A DNA stretch of 38,841 nucleotides from Patellaria atrata CBS 101060 (Eukaryota), in assembly GCA_010093705.1 (NCBI GenBank), contig MU006114.1, positions 248,001 through 286,841 of the forward strand, read 5' to 3'. The translations under genes were made by a program, and so were the position numbers. Positions 1 to 11,440 of this stretch are shown in pieces. Every line of letters begins with the position of its first letter. Position 1 is the first letter of the stretch. Below the pieces are notes generated by a model, which did not search any database, had not been told where the DNA came from, and worked only from the letters and a program-made list of their open reading frames with translations.

Positions 1-2427
1 CATAACAACGACTCAACGAGATTGGCGTTAGCAAAAAAAGCAAACCAAATTGTGAGCGGGAGCTATCAATTAAAGAAATGACTAGCTAATAATAAGAGCT
101 GTGGTGTAGGATAAATGGAAAATGAGCCCGAGGGCAAAAGGCAACGCCTTTTAGCAATATCAAAGGATATAAGATACAAAAGTGTAATCAGATCAACAAT
201 TGAACAAAAGAGATTGGTTACAAACGGTCAGATGATCTGATATTCGAGCCCTGCAGGGAAAGCTCCCTTGCCGTTAAGATATAGCCGAATATACATATCG
301 ACCAAAGAAGAGAACCGTCTTACCTCAAGCTTCAACGTCTATCACATCTCACCAACGTTCTTGGACCATGGTACTACCCTCAACTTTACTCAGACTTGGT
401 TCAAGGATATACCCAAGTCAACCTACTATGGCTTCCGGTCAGCTAGCAACACGCACGTGGTAAAGCTGCGACTATATTAGTTTTCTACGGCAGGTATTCA
501 AAGGTTTTACTTTGTAGAGTTCTGAACGAACCAATGAATATCAATATAGCACCTGGCATGTTTTGACTTTCTGACGATATTGGAAAGACACGAAAATGTT
601 TGAGATTCATAATCATACCACAGATGCAACTGAGGATAAAAAATCACGACCGGTGCGAGCTTTCTTGGTACGAGCAGGTCTTGGTAAGTCACAAAGTGAT
701 ACGATATCGCAGCACTTCGCTAATTGACATCCGAGCGTGGGAGCGGAGACGTTAGGCCCAGAGCAATACCTCCTTCAATTGCACCATCGACACCTCCACT
801 TTGTCATTTTGAAACATGCTGAAACATCTTGAACGAATCGTTGTTCTCTAGGCACGCATCAACAGGTAGGTTTTATACAATAGTCTCGTACAATAATACG
901 GAGTACCATGCACCTCAGTACTGAGCGGAACCAAAAGACGACGAGAGTTCTTGATATCCTTACCAACAACGCGGCTGCCGAAGAATAGGAACGTGTTAAG
1001 CGTTAAGCGTTTCATAATTAAAACGGTCCCAACTTTCAACCTTGGGAGCATGAACAGCATTATTGAATCCCATAACCCCTGTACCGGTAAGATATCTTGC
1101 ATGACATCTGAACTTTGCCAATAACAGGATGATCGCTGTATGGTAACCTTCTATATCCGGGGAAATTTGTATTTCAGACCAGAGTGATGAGACTGCGCAC
1201 TAACCTAGGCTCGATTCCAACGATTCTGTGAAATCATTCCTGGATACTGCATGACTGGTATTGACTTGCATGCTTATCTGGCAATCTGGGCCGAGTTCAA
1301 GATGAAAACTGAACAGGCAACACAGGTCGTAGGAAAAGATCCCCCCTCATGATGATCGGTGGGAGTTAAGCTCCGCGTCTGCCGCCCCGACTCGCTCATA
1401 TCCAGGCAAATCCTACGGCTTGGCTTTGTTGACAGATCGGCAGCTCGAGCATCTGACTTGTGATTATTTAGAATGATGTCGAAATAAATGGGGATCAAAA
1501 GCCAGACGCCAACAGTTTCCCGGGGCTTCAGCCTTGGGCGCTGATGAATAAAACCACCAACATGATGATAGGAAAGGTTAGATGGATGTGTGGCGAACGG
1601 CTGCTAAACTTGCTAAACTTGCCAAAGTCTATACTAGATCTACCATAGCCAAGTGAAAGGTATGGAGCCACTGCCCTGTACTCGTTACACTCGCGTGTGA
1701 TGCCTGAAGAGCTGAGAAGCTAGTGTGAAAGGTTTTTCGTTGGATAAAATATCGACGTACTATAGAATTTGCTTACCGTATATCTCTCAGAACGAGCATT
1801 ACGAATTGCGACGGATGATACATGTGGACGAGGAGCTCAGTCAAAATTACCCGAATCGCTCTCGGAGCTGGTAGGGATCAGCTATGGATACCGTACTGTC
1901 CACTATGCAAGAGTGGAGTTTTAAAGCTCTATCTTAGGGGTCGTCATTCGTCAAGTTGTTGCCAGACTGCCAGCAGTTCGACTCGTTCGAAGAGAAATAC
2001 CTAAATGAGCGAACGGTGGTTTTGTACCTGCCTATCACCAACCAGAATTGCCCTGGCAGCGATCATTGACTGCTGGGCGTGGCTCACACTAGAGAAACCA
2101 GCGCCGAAGCCCTGGAACCTGGCGATTATTTGCTGGGAGAATCTGGGCGAGTAGTGGGCGAGTGGGCGTTTACCTGATTTCGGCGGTTTCGGCGAAGTTG
2201 GGAATTGAAAAGTGCTATGAGTGGGCGGCAGTAGTAGGTGCTAGCAAGCCAGATGATGGTGAAAGCGGAGAGGGGCCTTGGTGATTTTGGATGAGAAAAT
2301 CAGAAAAAGGAAGAGGAAGGCGGCGCCGAAGGCTGGGCCTTCCATTGATCCTGGATTGCACCTACCTACCTGCTTTGATATCTTTAAGATCAAAGCTCCT
2401 TCTCACATTCGAACTGGGAAGGGCCAA

Positions 2428-2487
2428 AGGGTAGGGTAAGGGTAAGGTACCTATTAGGTAGGGTAAGCTTAGGTTAAGGTAAGGTAG
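2428..2487 (+). repeat. Degenerate (GGTAA/GGGTA)n microsatellite-like tract
   Basis: gggtagggtaagggtaaggtacctattaggtagggtaagcttaggttaaggtaaggtag. Confidence 0.7.
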
Positions 2488-3436
2488 CTATGGAAGGAAT
2501 AACATGGGAATAACACACCTCACCTAAGCACAACCTCCCACCTTTCAGACACTCACAGTCCCTTTCAACACCCCGACCTCTCAAAGGCTCAAGGCATCAT
2601 CATCCATCAGGTTACAGCAGTGTAACCCCATCGTTGGATAGTACTGGATAGTTCGAAAGTCTTCCACTCATACATACACTTCACTGCCGAGAAGAGAAAC
2701 AGCCCAGCTTTGCATACTGCACAACGACTACCATCTCTACCATAAACCGAAAACCCACGGACCAAGAGATCGCTTTTTACCTCTCATTACGGCACCACCG
2801 CTTGCTGCTTGCTGCTTGCTGCTGTCCTCGTGAGTCGGTCGCGTCTTGCATCGTGTGTAAAGTACCGGGATACGTTACTGTACCTTACTGTACTGCACGT
2901 ACTGCTGCTTGCGAAAAAAAAAAAAGCTCAAAGCTTTTGCGAAACCTCACTTTTCCACCCCCTCCCGTCCCCTCCGTTGATGCCCAAAAGTGCCGGCTAG
3001 CATCTTCTCAAACCTCACCGAATCTCGCCCGTATGGCCGTATCTGACCTTATTTTGCAATAATTCTGCTACTCTTACCACATTACCCCAGATGCTTGTCT
3101 GCGCTTGTTCCTCACTAAACGCCCTTTTATGCCAATTCCAGTTCGCGCGTCTCGAAAGCTTCCATCTTTGATCCCATCCGCTATGTTGGCCCACACGCGG
3201 TTGCTCATCGTCTGCTAGTCAGTTACTCAGATACAACTATTACTGGACAACCTCCACGATTAAGACCCCGTCCCTTAACGACGCCTCTCAAGCCATCAAG
3301 GCACTCTGGCGGTCCTCTCTAAAGGCTATTCTGGCCCAAACAACTGCTCTTGGCCTCTCTTCAAAACTCGCTAAACCACGAGGTTGCCCTGCTCCTCCGT
3401 TTATGCTCATTTTTAGTAGATTTCCCCGGCTCTGTG

Positions 3437-3754
3437 GTAAGACCTGCGTACAGTAGCCGGTTGATACCTGCCTGCCCGCACATTCTCCTTCCCTCAATTC
3501 TTTTGGCCCGAAAGTTCGGCATAGAGGAAGTGAAGTGTGATCTCTTCTGCGGTTTGCGCTGTCACAGCCCTACCTTTCGAACCGCAAACAAGTGCTTGTC
3601 ATATCCGCAGCCTCTGGCGCAAAGTCCTTTATGACGCGCGTGGGAAACTTGGCCCAATTGTGCCCTGCTTGCCACTGACTTGGATGTTTCGTCGCCATTC
3701 GAAGGTCTGCCATAATTGGGCGCGACCAGTATCCATCTGACAGTGCGACTTCAG
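3437..3754 (+). other. Putative 318-nt intron in the 5' leader of the C6 transcription factor
   Basis: GTAAGA donor at 3437, CTGAC branch site at 3737-3741, CAG acceptor at 3752-3754, 45 nt upstream of ATG 3800. Sequence-based only. Confidence 0.5.
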
Positions 3755-3799
3755 GGTGCATCATATGGCCTTAGCGGACATTTCGTCAACTCTATAAGG

Positions 3800-6700
3800 A
3801 TGGAGGGCGGTGATCCACTCGACCGTCAAGACGTAAAACGTATCCGTCTGGAACCTCATCATTACTCCGATCCTCCTCGGCCTGGACAACCTCACTCTAC
3901 TCCTCGCCCTCAACATCCTCAGAACCCTCACGATTTACATCAACCTCGCCCGTATCAGCCCTCTCACCAATCCGGACCGCAACCTCCTCCTCGTAATCAT
4001 CCTCACCAGCCCCAACCATATCCCTCTGGGTACCGAGAATCCACCATTCCACCTCACGAGAATAGACCACCTCTCCCACCAACGGATTATCGACAGTTAC
4101 CTCCACCAGTGACTGGAGTGTCAGAGTCGAACCAGCATGCCTTTCACAACTCAAGATCGGGCTCATCATCCTCAGCACCTATGAACCCGAACAAACCGTG
4201 GCAGGCTCATGAGGCGGGTTACTCAAGGCCTCCTAGCAACCCTCTTCAACCCAGCCCCTCGGATCCGCCTAGACCACTTACCCTTACTACAAACATTCAT
4301 GAGCAGAACCGTCCCATGGAACATGGTCATCATTCTATGTATCCTTCGACAGAGCACCATCCAAACGGGCTACCTCCAAATGGATTCCATTCTTCAGCTC
4401 CACACGAAGCATACGGGGGCCCACCAGTGGGACCTAACCAAAGTTACATGTCGACGCCATTGACTCCATATCCTCCAACGCCTTTTGGACCGGGACCCCA
4501 AGCTTACACTCTCGGAGCAAGGAAAAAGACAGTTCGAGCTCAGCAGGTGAGTCCTGCTGTATACTTATGTATCAAAATTATAACTATCTAATCAAGGAGT
4601 TAGGCTTGTAATACGTGTAGAAGTCGAAAGCAGAAATGTAATGAAGCTAGGCCGTGTGATTTCTGCAAAGAGAACAATCTAGAATGCGAATACAAAGAAG
4701 TCCCACCACCAAAGTAAGATTTGTTTCTCTCTCTCTCTCTCTTTTGCGTCAAGTATCTGACGGTTTCGAAGGCAAGATCGAACTATGATGAGGATGATTG
4801 AGACTTTGGGAGAAATCTCCAAAAAATTAGATACGTCAACGGAGCGGCTAAACAAACGACTCGACAACCTAGAGCACAGACTAGGTCAAAGAGGAATCCT
4901 GTCTGGTGAAGCGATAGAACCGCCAGCAATTATAAATGAGCCCTCACCAACAGTTGATGAGACGCTGGACCCAGATTCAATTCCGACAGGTGACCATAGA
5001 GAAGACTCGAAAGATGACACTGAATCGATAGAACAACAAAGATTTAAGCGGGATCCTGAACCACCGCCTAGTTACGACCATCATGTGGAACATCGCCATA
5101 CTCACAATCGTTCCGACGACACAGATATCATTAGATTTCCCGCTGATCATACCACAGCAGCGCATCAGCTGATGAATTCTTGGCCGCACATCCGGCAGTA
5201 CTGTCGAGATGCTGGTATCTTCAGTGACAGCTATGTCATGGAGGTAGAGGAGGGACGAGGCTTGTTGAGATTGTATGGTTGGGGTGAGGGCGACGACAAG
5301 GGTGACACCGGTCATCAAACAGCGAGTAGTCCAGCTCATAGCGCTCACAGCGACGAAACTAGCGTTGGCGCATCACCACCGGCAGAGGGGTTATGGGGTT
5401 ATGGATATCCCTCACCTTCATCGACAGAGAGCCGACGGAGTAGTGATTTGTCTAGCGGAGATTTGACTCCTGAGGGGACGTTGAAGCTGGATGCTCGAAT
5501 TGTGAACCGGCTGGTCAATGCGTACATCAACAACATTCATATTCTCCATCCCTTTCTGGACACTGCTGGTCTTAACAAGATGATTGACGGTTTTGTATCA
5601 AGATATGGGACCGGTAGTTCGCATGTTAAGTCACCCGGTTTTGCCGTCCCTAGTAGTCCCGCTGGAGCTTCATCTGAGTACCATGGGGGAGCACCTCTGA
5701 AAAGGAAACGATCAGAAGGACCTATCGGAGGCTACATGATGTCGGATTCACCGAAGAAGCCTGCCCCAGAGCGTAGCATAACGAGCGCAATCTGTCTTCT
5801 CGTATTAGCTCTGGGAAGAGCTTGCGAGGTTAAACAGCCGCTCCCAGGTCCATCCCCAGAGTACATCTCTACCAGCTTCGGAAGCTCTCCTGGAGCTGTA
5901 CAAACAGAATCACCCCCTGCAACCGTTAGACCATCTCCAGCATCCTCTCATTCCACACTGGCAAGCATTACTTCACCGAACCAAGAGCCCCCTCGTTTCA
6001 TATCGAGAAGTCGTAGGTCGTCTGTGGAAGGGATCTCTAAGCCAGAGCGAAGGGATTATAGTTATGGACAACGCAACATGGATGTCATTCCCGGATTAGC
6101 ATATTATGCACAGGCTGCCGCAATACTTGGGGAATTACACGGTGGTAACGATATCTCACACGCTCACGGGTTCTTACTTGCCGGACTCTACATGGGCCAA
6201 TTCGCTAGAGTCATGGAGAGCTGGAGCTGGATCAATGCAGCTTGTAGAGTCTGCAATATATTAGTTGAAAAGTATTAACCTTACCGGATACGTAGAGACG
6301 ATTCCTTACTAACGTTCTGATAGGGATAAAACTGAATTGAGCAAATTTGACCGAAATCCTAGACCTCAGCGATCACGCGGTGTCTCTAGGAGAAATCTCA
6401 TTAAGTTTGCATTTTGGACGGCTCTACAGCTAGAAAGGTTGGTAACCTCAAAGTTGGTCTTTGGAATTGTGCGCTAACTCTCCCAGTGACATTCGAGCCG
6501 AGCTTTCAAATCTTCCCAGAAGTGGTATACATGACCATGAGGAGGACGTTACATACCCTTCTCAACTGTATGAAGATGGTGCAGCTTATCCGAAAGTTGA
6601 AACAGATCAGATGCTGTTCCATTACTCGACGCAAATTCATCTTCGAAAAGCTATCAACAAAGTCCATGCCAGATTATACGACAAACGTTAGTACCACTTA

Positions 6701-7468
6701 TCCATTTTCTATTTATGCATATAATAACTCTTGCATAGGTGTTTCAGGAATGCCACTCCAAGTCGATGAGGCGTTTACTCTGTCGGATCAGCTAGATAAC
6801 TGGCGTCGTCTCCTAAATGCTAATGTACAATGGGATGACAACGATCCTCCACCGGGAGGGATAAACGATGCGAGACTAAGGGCAAAGTATTATGGCGGCA
6901 AATATGTCGCGACCAGAGCAATTCTACGTCACGCTATATATGAGATGGAGGAAAAACCTCACCTACTACAGAGGTTCCTCGAAGACCCAGACGCACTACC
7001 TGTGCCCGAATCATATACCCAAGGGAAGCCTTTGACTAGGGACGAGCAAGACTTAATGATCATTCGTAAGTGTTCTGAATGTATTCAGTGTGCCATACGT
7101 AGCACAATCGCTTTCGATGGTTGTCAGAGTAGAATTGTCGTAACCAATATCTTTGGCACTGCACATGCGTAAGTCATCACACAATCCGACCTCTTCCTTA
7201 AACTAATAGTTCATTTGATAGCCAATTCGGGAACATGCTCGTGTTGACTGCAACCTGGCATTCGTGGCTCGGAGCATTAGTTGATCCCGATAGACTAGAG
7301 AAGCTCAATGCCCGTACAATCTCATTCTTGAGCGATCTTGTTCCAATCTCGCCAACAATGAGGAAAAATATCTTGATCCTCAAGGAACTCGAGAAATACT
7401 TCCACGAGGGGAAAGCACCGCCCATCATCCACTCAACGCATAGCTCCTTCAACGCAAATATGGGTTGA
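3800..7468 (+). CDS. Zn(II)2Cys6 (C6 finger) fungal transcription factor, 7 coding exons: 3800-4546, 4604-4713, 4772-6271, 6324-6437, 6487-6686, 6739-7168, 7222-7468
   Basis: Exon 2 (absent from the ORF track) encodes ACNTCRSRKQKCNEARPCDFCKENNLEC, a CX2CX6CX5CX2CX6C binuclear cluster. It is preceded by a Pro/His-rich N-terminus and RKKTVRAQQ. Downstream motifs typical of fungal TF middle regions: NIHILHPFLD, VIPGLAYY, FWTALQLESDI, ARLRAKYYG, VTNIFGTAHAQFGNMLVL. All six introns are GT..AG and keep the frame. Confidence 0.93.
4727..4742 (+). repeat. (CT)8 microsatellite in intron 2 of the C6 transcription factor
   Basis: Read directly from the sequence. Confidence 0.9.
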
Positions 7469-9700
7469 ATTTAGAATTAATTTACTCTCTAAAACAATCT
7501 TGACTCATGTCAAACTCCATCTAATGGCTTACTCCCGTAAAGCCACAATATCTCCTATGTATTTATTGCAATATACCCCATTGGGCGGCTCTCTATATTG
7601 GGATATATAATCCTTTGTAGCATTGTATTAGGAGTTGTAGGAACTTCAGGCAGATTCCATATGAGTAATCGGTCTTGTTGTCTACATTTTTTCATCTCAA
7701 GACGCATAATTATGCCACGCCGGCTGTTCGTGTTACACTGTTCGGTCTTGGTTTACTGCATCTTTTCTTTCCCTGTCTGTCTCCAGGGTGGCTAGCGCTT
7801 TGATGCATCTTTCTCTCTGGCGTTATATTTTCGCATATCTATCCTCATTTAGGAGATTAGTATAACCGACTCCGTTTAAGTATTTGGCAAACCCTTAATT
7901 TCTAGTTTCTTTTATTCAAGACTTTTCGGCTTGGTGGCTATTTCTGGTATCTTCACATCTGTAAGAGCTTGGACTTTCACAGGTGCCGGGCGTCAAACGC
8001 TGAGGCTTATGAATGACGGGATAAGACGGCCGCGGGTGAGGATAGGGACATGGTTTGTTCCTTGGAGGCAGTTACAGCTCCATGCAAGGAGAAATTCGCA
8101 AGAGTGGAGACCTTGAGGAGGACGGTATTCACAGCCAAACTTGCAACATTCCTTATTTAGGACGGAATATCTCGTGGATATGACGCCTCATGGAACTATG
8201 GCGACACTACGGGAGCGGTCCGCTACGTCCGCAGCGCGCATTCCCATTTCCTTCAGCTCAGTTGGATCACTTTAGCCTCTTGCAATGGCCATTACTCTGA
8301 CGCTTCGATGTGGGCCTCCTTTCTTTCGCATTACCGAGCCATGAAATAGGCATAGATTACGATTTAGCCACAGATCGTGGCGTTGAGAGGCGATGGCGCA
8401 AAAGGACACAGACAGATTAGCGGTAGCTATAGGCGATCAAAAACAGCGTGCAATATATTTGGTATCCAATCCAACAGTTTACTTTCACCGTGCACACCTC
8501 TTCGCTGTGCTCCGAAAAATTCTGTTGTTTAGCTCGGTTATTGAACCTTGGAATATTTGACTTTACATCTATATGCGTGTCTCAAATGAAGCTGAATACT
8601 CTCAGCGAATCGATTTACTAAACCCTCTTAAGTATACACGTGGCATGCAACCTTCGACACTGCTTAGCGTCACAATACAATTAAGCCCATAATCATCATC
8701 CCGATTTTTCAGGAAGGGAAGGTCTGATGGGTGATGATAACTACGGAGTAGAACTCATCCCAAGACTGAGGTTAACATTTCGCCTCACTTTTCCAGGGGC
8801 GAATGCGCCGCGAGTCGTGGAAAATCTCGAAGCTGCTTCCCTGTATGTATCTATTGCAGAAAATCCTCAATTCCTGTGTCATTGTCTATTTGCACCCAAT
8901 GCTTCCCAGACACCCTAGTTTTATCTATTCTTATAATTAGTTTGTAGTAGAGCTATGTAGTACTACCTTACGTGCTTATATCACGCTTCAGCGTGGCGAT
9001 CTAGAAACCTAAAACCCTGTGTCTTCGTTCATCTCTCGCATGCAGTATATCTCGATCGGGAAGAAGAGTGGCGGTTGGGCAGCATCTGCTTTGCATCTCA
9101 ACAGCCTCATTCCCCCGGATCTTCGTTCAATATTTTCAGAAATCAAATCTCAGTGAAAATCCCGCCTGACCGTTGATTCCTGGAACCTGCATCTTTCGTT
9201 CATCCTTGCAAAAGCGGCAAAGCATAACAGTCAATGCTCCCAGGTTCATACAACGTGAAATAATATCAGATTCGTAAGCATCACCGATCCCGGCGTTCCC
9301 GGGACCAACTTCACGCCCAAACAGCCGCGCGACTCAAGGTTCCGAAGCACGGCTTTGGAGGCGTGTCCTGCCCGCCAAAGATGGAGCGCCCCGAGAACGA
9401 ACCGCCCCACCCTCAACGTCAGCCCTGGCATATCAAGACCGCCATGGTTTGTATGCGCGCCCAATCCGACATCGTCGGACCCGGCCACAACGCGACATAC
9501 AGATGGGGCCGTTGGGGAACGGTACGGTAACCGTCCCCACCGCCGATCGAGTCATGCCGATTAAGTTTTGTGGCCTCACGACTCAGGCCGATTGAGTTCA
9601 GGTGGAGACCCCGGAGTGCCGGTATGCCGGTACCTCCGGGTCCCGGACGACTGGTGGTTGGGGAGGGTAGTGGCTTATGGCGTTTTTCTACGGTGGGAGC

Positions 9701-9771
9701 AGGGCGGGGGGACGCCCTCGTTTTGGGGGAGGGCGGTGGGGGGGGGGGGGGGGGAAATGGGAGCACGGGGA
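9701..9771 (+). repeat. Poly-G tract (G17 at 9738-9754) inside a cluster of G-runs; G-quadruplex-capable
   Basis: agggcggggggacgccctcgttttgggggagggcggt(G17)aaatgggagcacgggg. Confidence 0.75.
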
Positions 9772-10108
9772 GCAGGTCGGCTATGGAAACATAAGACTTC
9801 TCACTCCCTTTCCACCCTACAAAATGAGGGAGGAGTTGAGCGCGTTGATGGAGGGAGCAAGATGGGTTGTCTGTGAATTGTGACGGGTGGTGGTGTTACA
9901 GCAGACGAGATAGAACGGCGTACGGACGTACACATGGCGATACGATGGCAATGATAGATCAGAAACTTGCCCAATTGAACGCGCGTAGAGGGGTTTTGCG
10001 AGAGTAGGACCACTTGTGATGGTATAGCGTTGTGATACCTCTCTACAACCTGGAGGAGCACGGGGAGGTATGGCAACAACGGGTGGGCTGGTCATCGTGC
10101 TGGAGGTT

Positions 10109-10224
10109 GTACAGTACAACACAGTACAGTACAGTACCAGCACCAGATGCGGTAATTGTTAATCGCTACACGGGAGGTATGAGTATTGTGGTACAGGGGT
10201 ACTCCGTACTGTACTCTTCTGTAC
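10109..10224. repeat. GTAC/(GTACA)n motif cluster
   Basis: Ten GTAC tetramers in 116 nt, including gtacagtacaacacagtacagtacagtacc. Confidence 0.8.
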
Positions 10225-11440
10225 TGTTGTGAGAAAAGAAAAGGGAAGTCGGTGTGCATGACTAGCTGATGCTGTAGCCGCTTGCATTCGCAACCATAGA
10301 CGGTATGCTGTGCCAGGTATTGTAGTACTTCACTTTGCGCATCTCGATTTTCTTTATCTCGTTTCGAGATCGATTTTTCTCCCGTCCACACGAGAACAGA
10401 GAAAATGGGAGTGGTGGTGCAAAAAGGATGCGCTGAAGTCCGATTTAGCAATTCTGCCCTAGCATAAGCTTGAATCCTAATGCAACGGTTATCACTATCC
10501 CTATCACTAGCTTTTCTATAACGGAGCGCAGGCGAGTCCAGAGCGGGAGATCTCCAACCTTGCTGTAGGTTTGAGTTAACATCTCATCGCTATCACTGGC
10601 GGAGTAGGATCGAATCCTCTGCTACTTCTACAAGATAACAACGCCTCGCAACTCATCTCGCAAACCCGATCCCAATTTAGCCTACTGAGTACCGACTCCA
10701 TCTGTTCCTGCTATGCGATCCTTCGCATCCTTTCCGCGAAACATAACGGGTCCAACGTGTCCGCATCGTCCAGCGTATCCCACTTCTCCTACCGTCTGTC
10801 TAGACTCAACGGTGATCGTCCATCATACTTAGCCTTTAGCAATACCCAGTTAGGTAGTACCATACGAAATAAAAAAAAAACTACCTCCAACGCCGATCCC
10901 ATCATCCTCCCAAAATGTTCCCTTGGATTTCGGAGAAGGTGCTCCGAGAAAATACGGTTGGGATATCCCGTACCCGCATTCGGATTCCAGAACGGTAGGC
11001 CGCCTTACCTTATCGGCAACTCTCGAAATACGGGTACGGAGGAACCTCCACTTCTCCCTTCCCCTGTCCGGAACTCTCCGGTTTACGTATAACCTGGGGT
11101 AACCCCGCTGGTTTGCTGTGATATCTGCTTGCTGTATCGCCGCTAGCTTACCTCGCCGGTTGAGGAGGGCACGTGGGACGGTTAAGCGAGGTAGGTGATT
11201 GATAGGAGGCGCTGTTATTGGGTAAGGATGGGTGGAGATAGAGTTTATAGGTCTCAGTGAAGGGGATGCTTTGGGATATTTGGTTCCCTCGTTGAGTTGT
11301 GTTTCCTGAGCTTTATGGACAGACGTTCTAAAACGCATCCGCACATTCCCGGTTTACGGGTGTTACGAGCATTGTGATTATATGATAAGCAATTCCATTA
11401 TATTCCGAGATTATCCAGGTGAAGATAAGCTCAGAAATGC

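Noticed and set aside
268..1498. Small ORFs at the window start
   Set aside because: No family motifs or coherent exon structure in any frame I read.
2428..2487. Interstitial telomeric repeat
   Set aside because: The units are GGTAA/GGGTA variants, with no TTAGGG array.
3800..7468. Assigning a specific gene name to the C6 transcription factor
   Set aside because: The family is clear, but I cannot establish orthology to a named regulator without a search.
9246..10451. Short ORFs on both strands (e.g. 9419-9766 minus, poly-Pro; 9570-9794 plus, poly-Gly)
   Set aside because: They are explained by G/C homopolymer and low-complexity DNA, mostly use non-ATG starts and contain no recognisable domain.
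10598..10625. tRNA T-arm (tcgaatcc)
   Set aside because: No cloverleaf, D-arm or acceptor stem could be built on either strand.
7469..11440. Telomerase RNA gene in the 4-kb non-coding gap
   Set aside because: No TAACCCTAA-type template on either strand; the nearest match (aaacctaaaaccct, about 9005) does not fit a repeat register.
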